Shown here piece after piece: positions 1 to 7,558 of a DNA stretch of 32,000 nt; position 1 is the stretch's first letter, and every line of letters begins with the position of its first letter. Location: the NCBI GenBank assembly GCA_022826945.1, contig JAJDTY010000023.1:115390-147389 (forward strand), written 5' to 3'. A program made the position numbers and the translations under genes. This DNA comes from Candidatus Binatia bacterium (GTDB lineage Bacteria > Desulfobacterota > Binatia > Bin18). Under the pieces are notes generated by a model that did not search any database, had not been told where the DNA came from, and saw only the letters and a program-made list of their open reading frames with translations.

Positions 1-360
1 GATACCTGCTTTGACCCCGTCCTGGTTAATATACACGATGAGGTCGAGGCCGAGTTCGTGTCTGATGTAGGTATCGCGGAAGGTGATCATCTCCCGGAAT
101 TTCCAGGTCGTATCGATATGCATCAGGGGGAAGGGGGGCTTCCCCGGCGCAAACGCTTTCCGAGCCAGATGCAGCATGACCGCCGAATCTTTACCGATGG
201 AGTACAGCATGACCGGATTGTCGAACTCAGCCGCCACCTCACGAATGATATGAATACTTTCAGCCTCAAGATAATTGAGATGCGTGAGGGAATAGGAATT
301 CTTTTCATTCGAGGCGGGCTGAGGCCCACGGGGCTCCACGTCTCCTCCTTCCTCAATCAT
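1..360 (-). CDS. cysD: Sulfate adenylyltransferase subunit 2 (CysD), first 120 codons; the rest lies beyond the left window edge
   Basis: Open-ended, so absent from the ORF track. My reverse-complement translation from ATG (360..358): [120 protein letters not shown]. The block [51 protein letters not shown] is the CysD N-terminal hallmark. The ATG overlaps the stop of the upstream ORF (353) by 8 nt. Confidence 0.9.
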   Translation of the reverse strand, partial: MIEEGGDVEPRGPQPASNEKNSYSLTHLNYLEAESIHIIREVAAEFDNPVMLYSIGKDSAVMLHLARKAFAPGKPPFPLMHIDTTWKFREMITFRDTYIRHELGLDLIVYINQDGVKAGI

Positions 361-1105
361 GGGCCGGTGTCGAGCAGACCGAGCAGTGCGGGTTCTTCTC
401 AACCACCTGCTCGGTGCAGTGAAACGCCGGAAATGTATACGCCAACAGTTTTGGCGGGCTCTCCGCCTCGGGCTGAAGGATGATCTTCAGGGCTTCGGTA
501 ACGAGTTGGGTACCCAAGAAGAACGCGTATGGAGAAAAGAGGAAATATGCCCTTCCTCGATCGGCAGATGCGGGATACGTTTCCTCTTTACCGCGGGCCG
601 GAGAGTCAAGCGGACCTCCAGCTCCTGAGAAAAGACAGCGCAGGCAGGGCCGGGCAGCCCTGTCACCCCGACTTACGAATAAGCGGGCGTTTTCTCCGCT
701 GGCCGCTCCCCACACAAACGGCTTGTGCTGAGCGTACCACCCATCGTGCAGCGCATCCGTTGTTGCCAGGACCAGATCATAGTGGTGAGGTGGTTGTTCG
801 TCCTCATTCGGATGGGTCACAATGGTACAATCAGGATTCAGACGCCTGAGTACGTGTGCCACCGGTTGCTCATCCGGTCCCAGGGATTGCTCCGCAAGAA
901 CGGAAAAGATCTGAGCGGCTTTAGCCCGCGCCACGCCAATAGTCCCAACGCCGGCAGCGACGAGATAAAAAAGCGCAGCGGCGGCGAGCAGCCCGTCCCC
1001 GTCAACGTACACCTGACCCTGAAGAATTTTTTCCTGCCCCTTTCCGCCGACCTGGGGCAGAATGATTTGTCGGCTATAGCGTTCGATCTGGACGTCTTCG
1101 AGCAT
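353..1105 (-). CDS. ThiF/MoeB-family E1-like protein with degenerate nucleotide-binding motifs (predicted non-catalytic paralogue)
   Basis: ORF track 353..1105 (250 aa). The N-terminus [22 protein letters not shown] and two CxxC pairs (CLRC, CSVC) are colinear with MoeB/ThiF. The Gly-rich loop reads VDGDGLL instead of GxGGxG, and the DxD...SNLxRQ and GTDN segments are missing. Carries an in-frame palindromic repeat (535-590). Confidence 0.75.
   Translation of the reverse strand: MLEDVQIERYSRQIILPQVGGKGQEKILQGQVYVDGDGLLAAAALFYLVAAGVGTIGVARAKAAQIFSVLAEQSLGPDEQPVAHVLRRLNPDCTIVTHPNEDEQPPHHYDLVLATTDALHDGWYAQHKPFVWGAASGENARLFVSRGDRAARPCLRCLFSGAGGPLDSPARGKEETYPASADRGRAYFLFSPYAFFLGTQLVTEALKIILQPEAESPPKLLAYTFPAFHCTEQVVEKNPHCSVCSTPAHD
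535..590 (+). repeat. Palindromic repeat family X, copy inside the E1-like CDS (in frame)
   Basis: AAAAGAGGAAATATGCCC-TTCCTCGATCGGCAGATGC-GGGATACGTTTCCTCTTTA. Arms and centre align with the other six copies. On the coding (minus) strand it encodes [20 protein letters not shown]. Confidence 0.8.
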
Positions 1106-1185
1106 GGGGACTTCTCAAGCCTCTATGAGTCCATTGAGTCTTTGGGGTCTTTTGGGTCAAGACTCAACGGACCCCAATGTCTCTG

Positions 1186-2196
1186 TCACGCTGCACCCTC
1201 TGCCCGAGCGTTGGCCTGCCGCTGATTATACTCTTTCCAGCCGATCCACAGATTGGTGCTGAGATACTTGTCTCCGAAGTCCGGAAAAAGCGTTACCACC
1301 ATGCCCTGATCGATCTCACGGGCCACCTGGAGCGCCGCCCACATCGCCGCGCCGGATGACTGGCCAACCAATACTCCCTCTTCCCGACCAAGCCGATATA
1401 CCGTTTCATAGGCGTCTTCAGTTGAGACGCTGATTTTTCGGTCCAATTGCTCTTCATGGTAGATGCCCGGCACAATGGAGCTGTCCATATGTTTCAGCCC
1501 CTCAAGGCCATGAAAGGCGTCATCCGGTTCAACCCCAACAATCTGAATGTCCGCGTTTTTCTCCTTCAGGTAGCGTCCGGTTCCCATCAGGGTACCGCCG
1601 GTCCCCATGCCGGCCACAAAGTGAGTGATCTGCTCTTTTGTCTGCCACCACAGCTCCGGCCCAGTTGTCTGGTAGTGGGCCAGCGAGTTGTGTGGATTGA
1701 AGTATTGATCCGGTTTGAAATAGCGCTCGGGATGCTCCTGCAGCCGCTCCCGACACAGTTCCAAAGCTCCGTCCGAGCCGTCCATGGGGCTACTGAAAAT
1801 CATCTTTGCCCCATACGCGGAGATAATTTTTTTCCGCTCTATACTGACGTTGGCCGGGATGCACAGCTCGACCGGATAGCCCAGCACGGCGCCGATCATG
1901 GCCAATGCAATACCAGTATTCCCAGAGGTGGAATCGAGAATGATCTTGTCCGGAGTTAGCGCGCCGTTTTCGATTCCTTTTTGGATCATGCACAGCGCGG
2001 GACGATCTTTGACCGATCCACCCGGATTGAAACCCTCGAGTTTGGCATAAACCCGGACACTAGGCGCAATGTCCGTACTCAGCCGGGTAATTTCAAGCAG
2101 CGGCGTATTCCCAATCAGGTGAAGAACGGACGGAACACGCAGGGGACCTGCTGGGGGTGGTCCCTCGGTCGGAAAAAGAGCAAACGTGTCCAGCAT
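1186..2196 (-). CDS. cysM: PLP-dependent cysteine synthase, CysM type (likely CysO-thiocarboxylate dependent)
   Basis: ORF track 1186..2223. Motifs GNTPLLEI, YAKLEGFNPGGSVKDRPA (PLP lysine), GTGGTLMG. ATG 2196 lies 7 nt after the cysO stop. The track start 2223 is a TTG overlapping cysO by 20 nt (alternative start). Confidence 0.85.
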   Translation of the reverse strand: MLDTFALFPTEGPPPAGPLRVPSVLHLIGNTPLLEITRLSTDIAPSVRVYAKLEGFNPGGSVKDRPALCMIQKGIENGALTPDKIILDSTSGNTGIALAMIGAVLGYPVELCIPANVSIERKKIISAYGAKMIFSSPMDGSDGALELCRERLQEHPERYFKPDQYFNPHNSLAHYQTTGPELWWQTKEQITHFVAGMGTGGTLMGTGRYLKEKNADIQIVGVEPDDAFHGLEGLKHMDSSIVPGIYHEEQLDRKISVSTEDAYETVYRLGREEGVLVGQSSGAAMWAALQVAREIDQGMVVTLFPDFGDKYLSTNLWIGWKEYNQRQANARAEGAA

Positions 2197-2203
2197 TTCT
2201 TCT

Positions 2204-2485
2204 CTATCCAGAGCCTCCGGCAATAGCAGGCACGATAGACACTTCGTCGCCCTCGTTCACCGGCGTATCCAGGTTGTTAATAAAACGAATGTCTTCACCA
2301 TTCACAAAGATATTGACAAAGCGACGGACTTCGCCGGCCTCGTCACACAACCGTTCTTTAATCCCAGGATGATTACTCTCTATATGATCAACCAAGGCCC
2401 CAACCGTGGCTCCATCGGCCGAGACTGCTTCCGCGCCGCCAGTAAAGCGGCGTAGCGGGGTTGGGATACGGACCTGAGCACTCAT
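2204..2485 (-). CDS. cysO: ThiS/MoaD-type sulfur-carrier protein (CysO-like) ending ...AIAGGSG
   Basis: ORF track 2204..2512. I moved the start to ATG 2485 (MSAQVRIPT...), which has GGAGGGAG 5 nt upstream. ~93 aa of beta-grasp carrier size with a C-terminal Gly-Gly motif, sitting between an E1 and cysM. Confidence 0.8.
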   Translation of the reverse strand: MSAQVRIPTPLRRFTGGAEAVSADGATVGALVDHIESNHPGIKERLCDEAGEVRRFVNIFVNGEDIRFINNLDTPVNEGDEVSIVPAIAGGSG

Positions 2486-2575
2486 GTTCACTCCCTCCTG
2501 ATTCAGAATCACTCATCTGCTTTTTCTAGCTTCTACTGTTACGTTTTTGCTTCGGTCTGACAATCACCCTGTCCG

Positions 2576-2629
2576 AAAGAGGCAACGTATCCAGCATCTC
2601 GTGTCTAGTGGAGGACACGTTCCCTCTTT
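2576..2629 (-). repeat. Palindromic repeat family X, intergenic copy (E1 stop to cysO start)
   Basis: AAAGAGGCAACGTATCC-AGCATCTCGTGTCTAGTGGA-GGACACGTTCCCTCTTT. 15 of 17 arm positions pair. The centre is the reverse complement type of the TCCAATAG... centres. Confidence 0.85.
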
Positions 2630-2633
2630 ATGC

Positions 2634-3398
2634 TCAGAGCACAGGACAGCGTCTTTCCAACTCATAGGCTTCGGGCCGGATACTCGTAATCGTCTGCTGC
2701 GTGCCGCACAACGGACAATGCGGGCTCGGGCGTACCCGGACCTCTCGCCAGCGTAAGGCCAGGGCGTCATAGGTGAGCAGGCGATCGGTGAGCAGTTCTC
2801 CTTCCCCACTCAGGTATTTCACCGCCTCGGCAGCCTGAACACTTCCCAAACTGCCAGCCAGGCTGCCAAGGATGCCGGCCTCCTGGCAGGTGGGGTTCTC
2901 ATCGGGATGGGGCGGAACGGGGAACAGGCAGCGCAAACACGTCGTTTGCCTCGGTAAGACCGTCAGCGCCTGACCGTGGAACCGCACGATGCCGGCGTGA
3001 GAAAGCGGTTTGTTGAGCAGCACGGCACCGTCATTGATCAAAAACTTTGTGGCCACGCCGTCCGTTCCGTCAATAATAAAATCGTAGGCGGCAAAGATAT
3101 CCGCGAGATTCCCCGCATGCAGCCACTCGTTATAGGTCACCACTGTTATCAAGGGGTTGAGTTGCTGAATTTTTTCCCTGGCCGAGTCGACCTTTGGCTT
3201 TCCGATATCCGGGATAAAGTGCAAAATTTGCCGTTGCAAGTTTGATAGCTCGACCCGGTCCGAATCCACCAGACCAATCGTTCCCACCCCGGCCAGGGCG
3301 AGCGTCAATGCCGCCGGAGAGCCCAGGCCGCCGACGCCGACCACCAGGACTTTCCCCTCACAGACGCTCTTTAGAATAGGAGATGCGGCGCGTTTCAT
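2634..3398 (-). CDS. MoeB/MoeZ/ThiF-type adenylyltransferase (E1) lacking the N-terminal RYxRQ helix and lacking a rhodanese domain
   Basis: ORF track 254 aa. Motifs VLVVGVGGLGSPAALTLALAGVGTIGLVDSDRVELSNLQRQILH, IIDGTDG, CLRC and CPLC zinc pairs. An in-frame TAA sits three codons upstream of the ATG, so no longer N-terminus is possible. Confidence 0.85.
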   Translation of the reverse strand: MKRAASPILKSVCEGKVLVVGVGGLGSPAALTLALAGVGTIGLVDSDRVELSNLQRQILHFIPDIGKPKVDSAREKIQQLNPLITVVTYNEWLHAGNLADIFAAYDFIIDGTDGVATKFLINDGAVLLNKPLSHAGIVRFHGQALTVLPRQTTCLRCLFPVPPHPDENPTCQEAGILGSLAGSLGSVQAAEAVKYLSGEGELLTDRLLTYDALALRWREVRVRPSPHCPLCGTQQTITSIRPEAYELERRCPVL

Positions 3399-3420
3399 GC
3401 TGTCTTATTTTCCCAATAGA

Positions 3421-3452
3421 ATAAAAAGCCTCTTCCCAAGAGGAAAGAGGCT
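3421..3452 (-). terminator. Intrinsic terminator downstream of the BamD-like gene
   Basis: Minus-strand RNA reads AGCCUCUU-uccucuuggg-AAGAGGCU followed by UUUUAU. Plus-strand arms are 3427-3434 and 3445-3452. It begins 35 nt after the stop at 3487. Confidence 0.7.
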
Positions 3453-3486
3453 CGGCTACGCACGCTCTCTGCCTAGGCGACAGGTC

Positions 3487-4986
3487 TCATTCGTCCTCAA
3501 ACTCAAAATCTATTTCCTCGATATCGATACCCAGAACGGCCTCTCGTCCGGTGCTGAGTGCGACATCTCCGTTCGTGAGGGCGTCGGAAGAGGCTGCTTC
3601 CTCATCTATTATTTCAGCGTATTCAACTCCTGACTCACTCAGCTCAACCGGCTCACTCTGCTCGACTGCGGCAACCGCCTCGTCGTCCTCAGCCTCTTCT
3701 GCCTCGGCCACCTCCGTACCGACTTCAACCTCATCGTCGATAGTTGTGTCCTCGACTGCGGCAATCTCTTCAACGACATCCTCGGTCTCTTCTTCAGCCT
3801 CCAATACCCCAGCGGCTTCCAATGCTTCCGCGTCTTCCTCAAGCGCACTAGCGTCGTCCTCAATGTCAAGGGTGAGGATGTCAGCGTCAGAAAGATCAAT
3901 GTCGTCCTCGTCGGAGACATCCTGCTCGGTCAGTTCCAAGGGTCCGAGATCGTCTGTCTCAACGTCGAATTCCAGCTCCTCAATGTCGGGCGTCTCCAGA
4001 GCCGCCCGCTCTGCTTCCAAGGCCTCCAAGTCTACTTCCCGATAATCATCGCCCACTTCGTAGGACCGGTCATCGTCAAAGGCGTCATCCAGGGCCCGCT
4101 CTTCCTGCTCGGCCTCTTTTTCTGCTGCTAGTCTTTCTGCGTCCGCTTCCGTTCGGGCGAGGCGTTCTGCCTCTTCCTGTTTTTTCAACTCGGAGACGAG
4201 CAGCAGCAAGGGATCGACTCCGGCAACAAGTAACCCGTCCGAGTCGGTCGCCTCGTCCTCCGGGTCGTCCTCTTCCGCATTGGGGGCCTCGCTATCCGCT
4301 CTCCGTGCAGACTGAGCGCGGGCCGCCAGCTCGGCCAACTCGACGTTACCCTCTTCGTTCAAAATCTGTTCGAGCCGACCCAGGGCTTCCACCGTGGCAT
4401 CCGTCTCGGAGTATTGCTCAATCAGGCTGCGCAGGCGTGCTTTTGTGGCGGTAAGATTGCCACGCTTCTCGTTGAAGTTCGCCACCATCAATTCGTGGGC
4501 CGCTAGGATATCACGCGCCGATTTGCTTTTTTCCTCAGCCTGGAGGACGAAGGCACTTTCTGGATACCGATCTATCACCTCTTGAAAAAATCCGTCCGCC
4601 CGGCGTGTCACTGCCTGATCGCGATCCTTGGAGCGAATCTGGCTATAGTTCGTAATGCCGAGAAAATACTTGACAAACGGCATATGCCTGCTGGTCGGAT
4701 AGGCCCGCTCAAAGTCCTTAAAAGCCGCAACGGCTTCGGCGTAATTTTCTTCCATAAACAGCCCATAGGCCGTTTTGAGCTGGGCTTCCTCAGCGTACGG
4801 GTTGAGCGGATATTGATCGAGCAACTCCCGATACTGATCGGAAGCCCCCAGATAGTCCTCATCCGTGAAAGACTCGGTTGCCTGCTGATAATATTCTTTG
4901 GCCGAGGGGCGTCTGAGGGTTGCCGAGCATCCCCATACGCCCACCAGAAGGAGGCTCAAGCATAAGACCCAGATTCGTTCGAACAT
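3487..4986 (-). CDS. bamD: BamD/YfiO-like TPR outer-membrane lipoprotein with a ~270-aa D/E/A-rich C-terminal tail
   Basis: Lipobox LLLVGVWGC at residues 12-20. TPR-like N-terminal ~230 aa (QYPLNPYAEEAQLKTAY, FERAYPTSRHMPFVKYFLG, VIDRYPESAFV). Residues ~231-499 are low-complexity acidic sequence. Confidence 0.65.
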   Translation of the reverse strand: MFERIWVLCLSLLLVGVWGCSATLRRPSAKEYYQQATESFTDEDYLGASDQYRELLDQYPLNPYAEEAQLKTAYGLFMEENYAEAVAAFKDFERAYPTSRHMPFVKYFLGITNYSQIRSKDRDQAVTRRADGFFQEVIDRYPESAFVLQAEEKSKSARDILAAHELMVANFNEKRGNLTATKARLRSLIEQYSETDATVEALGRLEQILNEEGNVELAELAARAQSARRADSEAPNAEEDDPEDEATDSDGLLVAGVDPLLLLVSELKKQEEAERLARTEADAERLAAEKEAEQEERALDDAFDDDRSYEVGDDYREVDLEALEAERAALETPDIEELEFDVETDDLGPLELTEQDVSDEDDIDLSDADILTLDIEDDASALEEDAEALEAAGVLEAEEETEDVVEEIAAVEDTTIDDEVEVGTEVAEAEEAEDDEAVAAVEQSEPVELSESGVEYAEIIDEEAASSDALTNGDVALSTGREAVLGIDIEEIDFEFEDE

Positions 4987-5101
4987 TGTTCTGCACGCTA
5001 GAGGATTTCCGCAAGGGTTTCAATGTACCCGCCGCTGCGTACTGGCGAGAGGACAAGGGGCCATCGCGCCACACCGGAACGCGCGGGTACGCAGACGGCG
5101 G

Positions 5102-7300
5102 CTACCCTTCAAAGGGCTGTAAGCCGTCTAGATCGGGCTCTCCCTCGACGGGCATCTGGGCATCGGACTGGGCCTTGGTAAATTCGTACAGGCGCTGCTG
5201 AGACCGAACAGGGGCGAGCGGGTCGGGCTCTACCCGCCTGGAGCGCCCGTCGGGTAGGATCGTGCGGGCCTTGACTGTGTCGGCCAGCTGAATGCTGAGT
5301 ATTTCAAAAAGCTGGGCCTGGATATGGGGATCAAGGATGGGAAAGGCGACTTCGACGCGGCGGTCCAGATTGCGTGGCATCCAGTCGGCGGATGCCAGAA
5401 AATACTCGGCATCGCCATCATTATGAAAGTAAAATATGCGGGCGTGTTCGAGGTAGCGGTCGATAATGGAAATCACCCGAATCCGTTCGGATATGCCCGG
5501 CAGTCCGGGCCGCAGGCAGCAAATGCCACGGATGATAAGATCAATCTCCACCCCCGCTTGGCTGGCCGTGTATAGCTCCTCAATCATGGCCGCGTCAACC
5601 AGACTGTTGATCTTGGCAATGATTCTGGCCGGCTTGCCCTCCAGGGCGTGTTCTGCTTCGCGCCGAATCCGCTCAATCATCCCCTCCCGCATACTCGTGG
5701 GAGCGACCAGGAGGTGATGAAACGTCTGCGGACGGGTATAGCCGGTTAACAAGTTGAACAGGTCGGTGAGATCGTCGCCAAAGGACTCGCGGCAGGTAAA
5801 GAGACCGAAGTCGCCGTAGATGCCGCTCGTATTCACATTATAGTTACCGGTCGCGAGGTGGCAGTAGCGACGGATGCCACCATTCTCACGCCGTACCACC
5901 AGACACGCCTTGCAGTGCGTCTTATAGCCGACCAGCCCATACACCACATGGGCGCCAACCTCTTCGAGCGCCCGCGCCCAAGTAATATTGGCCTCCTCAT
6001 CAAAACGGGCCCGGAGTTCGACCAGGACAGCCACTTCTTTACCCGCTTCTGCGGCCCGCGTGAGTGCCTGGGCAATGGGTGAGGTTGGACTGACCCGGTA
6101 GAGGGTCATTTTAATGGCCAGGACATTCGGGTCGGTCGCGGCCTCTTCCACAAAGCGCATCACCACATCGAAAGACTGGTAGGGATGGTGCACCAGGATG
6201 TCGCCCTCCCGAATGGCACTCCACATGTCCGGCTTTTTCTCACAGGCCGGGACCTGCAGGGGTGTCCACGGTTGGTCTTTATGCTGCGGCAGGTCCACGG
6301 CTCCATAGAGCTGGAACAGGTCGGTAAAAGCGGTGAAACCCTCACCGGCGTACAGGTCTTCGGGGTGCAGGTCGAGTTCATCAATAAACATATTGAGGAC
6401 GGCCTGCGGCAGGTCGGAGTCGTATTGTAGCCGTACCGCGGTCCCCATGCGCCGGTCGCGTACACTCTCTTCGATACTCGTCAGCAGATCTTCGGTTCGG
6501 CCGAGCGCCAGGGCCGAGTCCGCGTCCCGCGTCACCCGGACGGCATGACACGACAGGATCTCATAGCCGTGATACGGGCGGGGCAGGTACAGCCGAACCA
6601 CATCTTCGAGCAGGATAAAGATATGCTTGCCAGCTGGAGCCGGGAGCGCAATAAAGCGCTGGACGACTTGGCTGGGGATATGGACGACAGCCAGTTTGGT
6701 CTGGGGCAGACGCGAAGTCCCGGCCGAGCGCAGGGCCGCGACCAGACACAGGGCGCGATTGCCGAGATGGGGAAAGGGATGGCCGGGATCAATCGCCAGC
6801 GGCGTGACAACCGGCAGCAGGGTCCGCCGAAAGAAGTCTTCAAGAAAATGACTTTGCTCGGCATTCAACTCTTCCGGGCGGGTAATATGAATTCCCTCCG
6901 CCTCCAGTTGCGGCTGAATGGTCTCCAGAAACCCTCGGTGTTGTTCCTCGGCCAGCTCATGGACCCGTTTTGAGATAGCGGTCAGTGTCTGGGCCGGTGT
7001 CATGCCATCCGGACCAGCCTCCAGGTCGCCCTGGACAATCCGCCGCTTGAGCCGCGCCACGCGGACCATGAAAAATTCGTCCATATTGGCACTGAATATG
7101 GCCATGAACTTGACGCGTTCGAGCAAGGGGACACTCTCATCGAAAGCTTCCTCAAGGACGCGTCGGTTGAATTCGAGCCAGGACAACTCACGGTTAATAA
7201 AAGGCTTGTCTTCCATGCAGATACCGCCGTCAAGAGGAAACGTGTTCTCCTCTCCAATGATAGAGAGGTACTGAACTCGTTTCCTCTCTCTATCAGACAT
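5102..7300 (-). CDS. ppk: Polyphosphate kinase 1
   Basis: ORF track 732 aa. FINRELSWLEFNRRVLEEA at the N-terminus and the VGYKTHCKACLVVRRE catalytic-His region. The homologous part starts at Met29 (ATG 7216). The first 28 codons are repeat-derived (see findings). ATG 7300 has GGAG 10 nt upstream. Confidence 0.9.
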   Translation of the reverse strand: MSDRERKRVQYLSIIGEENTFPLDGGICMEDKPFINRELSWLEFNRRVLEEAFDESVPLLERVKFMAIFSANMDEFFMVRVARLKRRIVQGDLEAGPDGMTPAQTLTAISKRVHELAEEQHRGFLETIQPQLEAEGIHITRPEELNAEQSHFLEDFFRRTLLPVVTPLAIDPGHPFPHLGNRALCLVAALRSAGTSRLPQTKLAVVHIPSQVVQRFIALPAPAGKHIFILLEDVVRLYLPRPYHGYEILSCHAVRVTRDADSALALGRTEDLLTSIEESVRDRRMGTAVRLQYDSDLPQAVLNMFIDELDLHPEDLYAGEGFTAFTDLFQLYGAVDLPQHKDQPWTPLQVPACEKKPDMWSAIREGDILVHHPYQSFDVVMRFVEEAATDPNVLAIKMTLYRVSPTSPIAQALTRAAEAGKEVAVLVELRARFDEEANITWARALEEVGAHVVYGLVGYKTHCKACLVVRRENGGIRRYCHLATGNYNVNTSGIYGDFGLFTCRESFGDDLTDLFNLLTGYTRPQTFHHLLVAPTSMREGMIERIRREAEHALEGKPARIIAKINSLVDAAMIEELYTASQAGVEIDLIIRGICCLRPGLPGISERIRVISIIDRYLEHARIFYFHNDGDAEYFLASADWMPRNLDRRVEVAFPILDPHIQAQLFEILSIQLADTVKARTILPDGRSRRVEPDPLAPVRSQQRLYEFTKAQSDAQMPVEGEPDLDGLQPFEG
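7232..7290 (+). repeat. Palindromic repeat family X, copy at the 5' end of the ppk ORF
   Basis: AAGAGGAAACGTGTTC-TCCTCTCCAATGATAGAGAGGTACT-GAACTCGTTTCCTCTCTC. 14 of 16 arm positions pair. Confidence 0.8.
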
Positions 7301-7388
7301 CAGGTCTACGCTCCGAAAACGATAGATATAAGCGCAGCGTGCTGCAACCCCAGGGGGATTTTACACCGATACGAGTTCATAGGAGCGA

Positions 7389-7481
7389 GAGGGAGGGGCG
7401 CTGGTAGGGCGTGTGATCCTTGGGGAGGGAGATCGACACTACGCCTGCCAGCGCCAGGGGGAAGGATAACACCTTCTCTCC
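7389..7481. repeat. Tandem intergenic repeat R, copy 1 (ppk-mgtE spacer)
   Basis: GAGGGAGGGGCGCTGGTAGGGCGTGTGATCCTTGGGGAGGGAGATCGACACTACGCCTGCCAGCGCCAGGGGGAAGGATAACACCTTCTCTCC. It aligns with 7559-7650 and is followed by the hairpin TCTCTCC-TATC-GGAGAGA-TTTT (7475-7496). Confidence 0.75.
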
Positions 7482-7491
7482 TATCGGAGAG

Positions 7492-7533
7492 ATTTTACCG
7501 AAGAGTGACAGGTCGGTGACAGTCTGGTTATAC
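7492..7533 (-). promoter_or_regulatory. Pho-box-like triple heptamer plus -10 candidate, oriented toward ppk
   Basis: Minus strand reads GTATAAC-CAGA-CTGTCAC-CGAC-CTGTCAC (7533..7505, 11-bp phasing), then 7 nt, then TAAAAT (7497..7492). Matches the enterobacterial Pho-box form CTGTCAT-N4-CTGTCAY. Confidence 0.6.
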
Positions 7534-7558
7534 ATGCGGCATCGGGGTTCAAGATATT

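Noticed and set aside
58-483. 141-aa plus-strand ORF at the left edge
   Set aside because: It is antisense to a clear CysD N-terminus and has no recognisable motifs.
3551-4045. 164-aa Ser/Ala-rich plus-strand ORF
   Set aside because: It is the antisense reading of the GAx/GAG-rich acidic tail of the BamD-like gene, a low-complexity shadow ORF.
5029-5101. 14-bp inverted repeat (CCGCCGCTGCGTAC / GTACGCAGACGGCGG) right after the ppk stop as a terminator
   Set aside because: The arms are ~45 nt apart, one position is unmatched, and no U-tract follows. It may be structural, but it cannot be called an intrinsic terminator.
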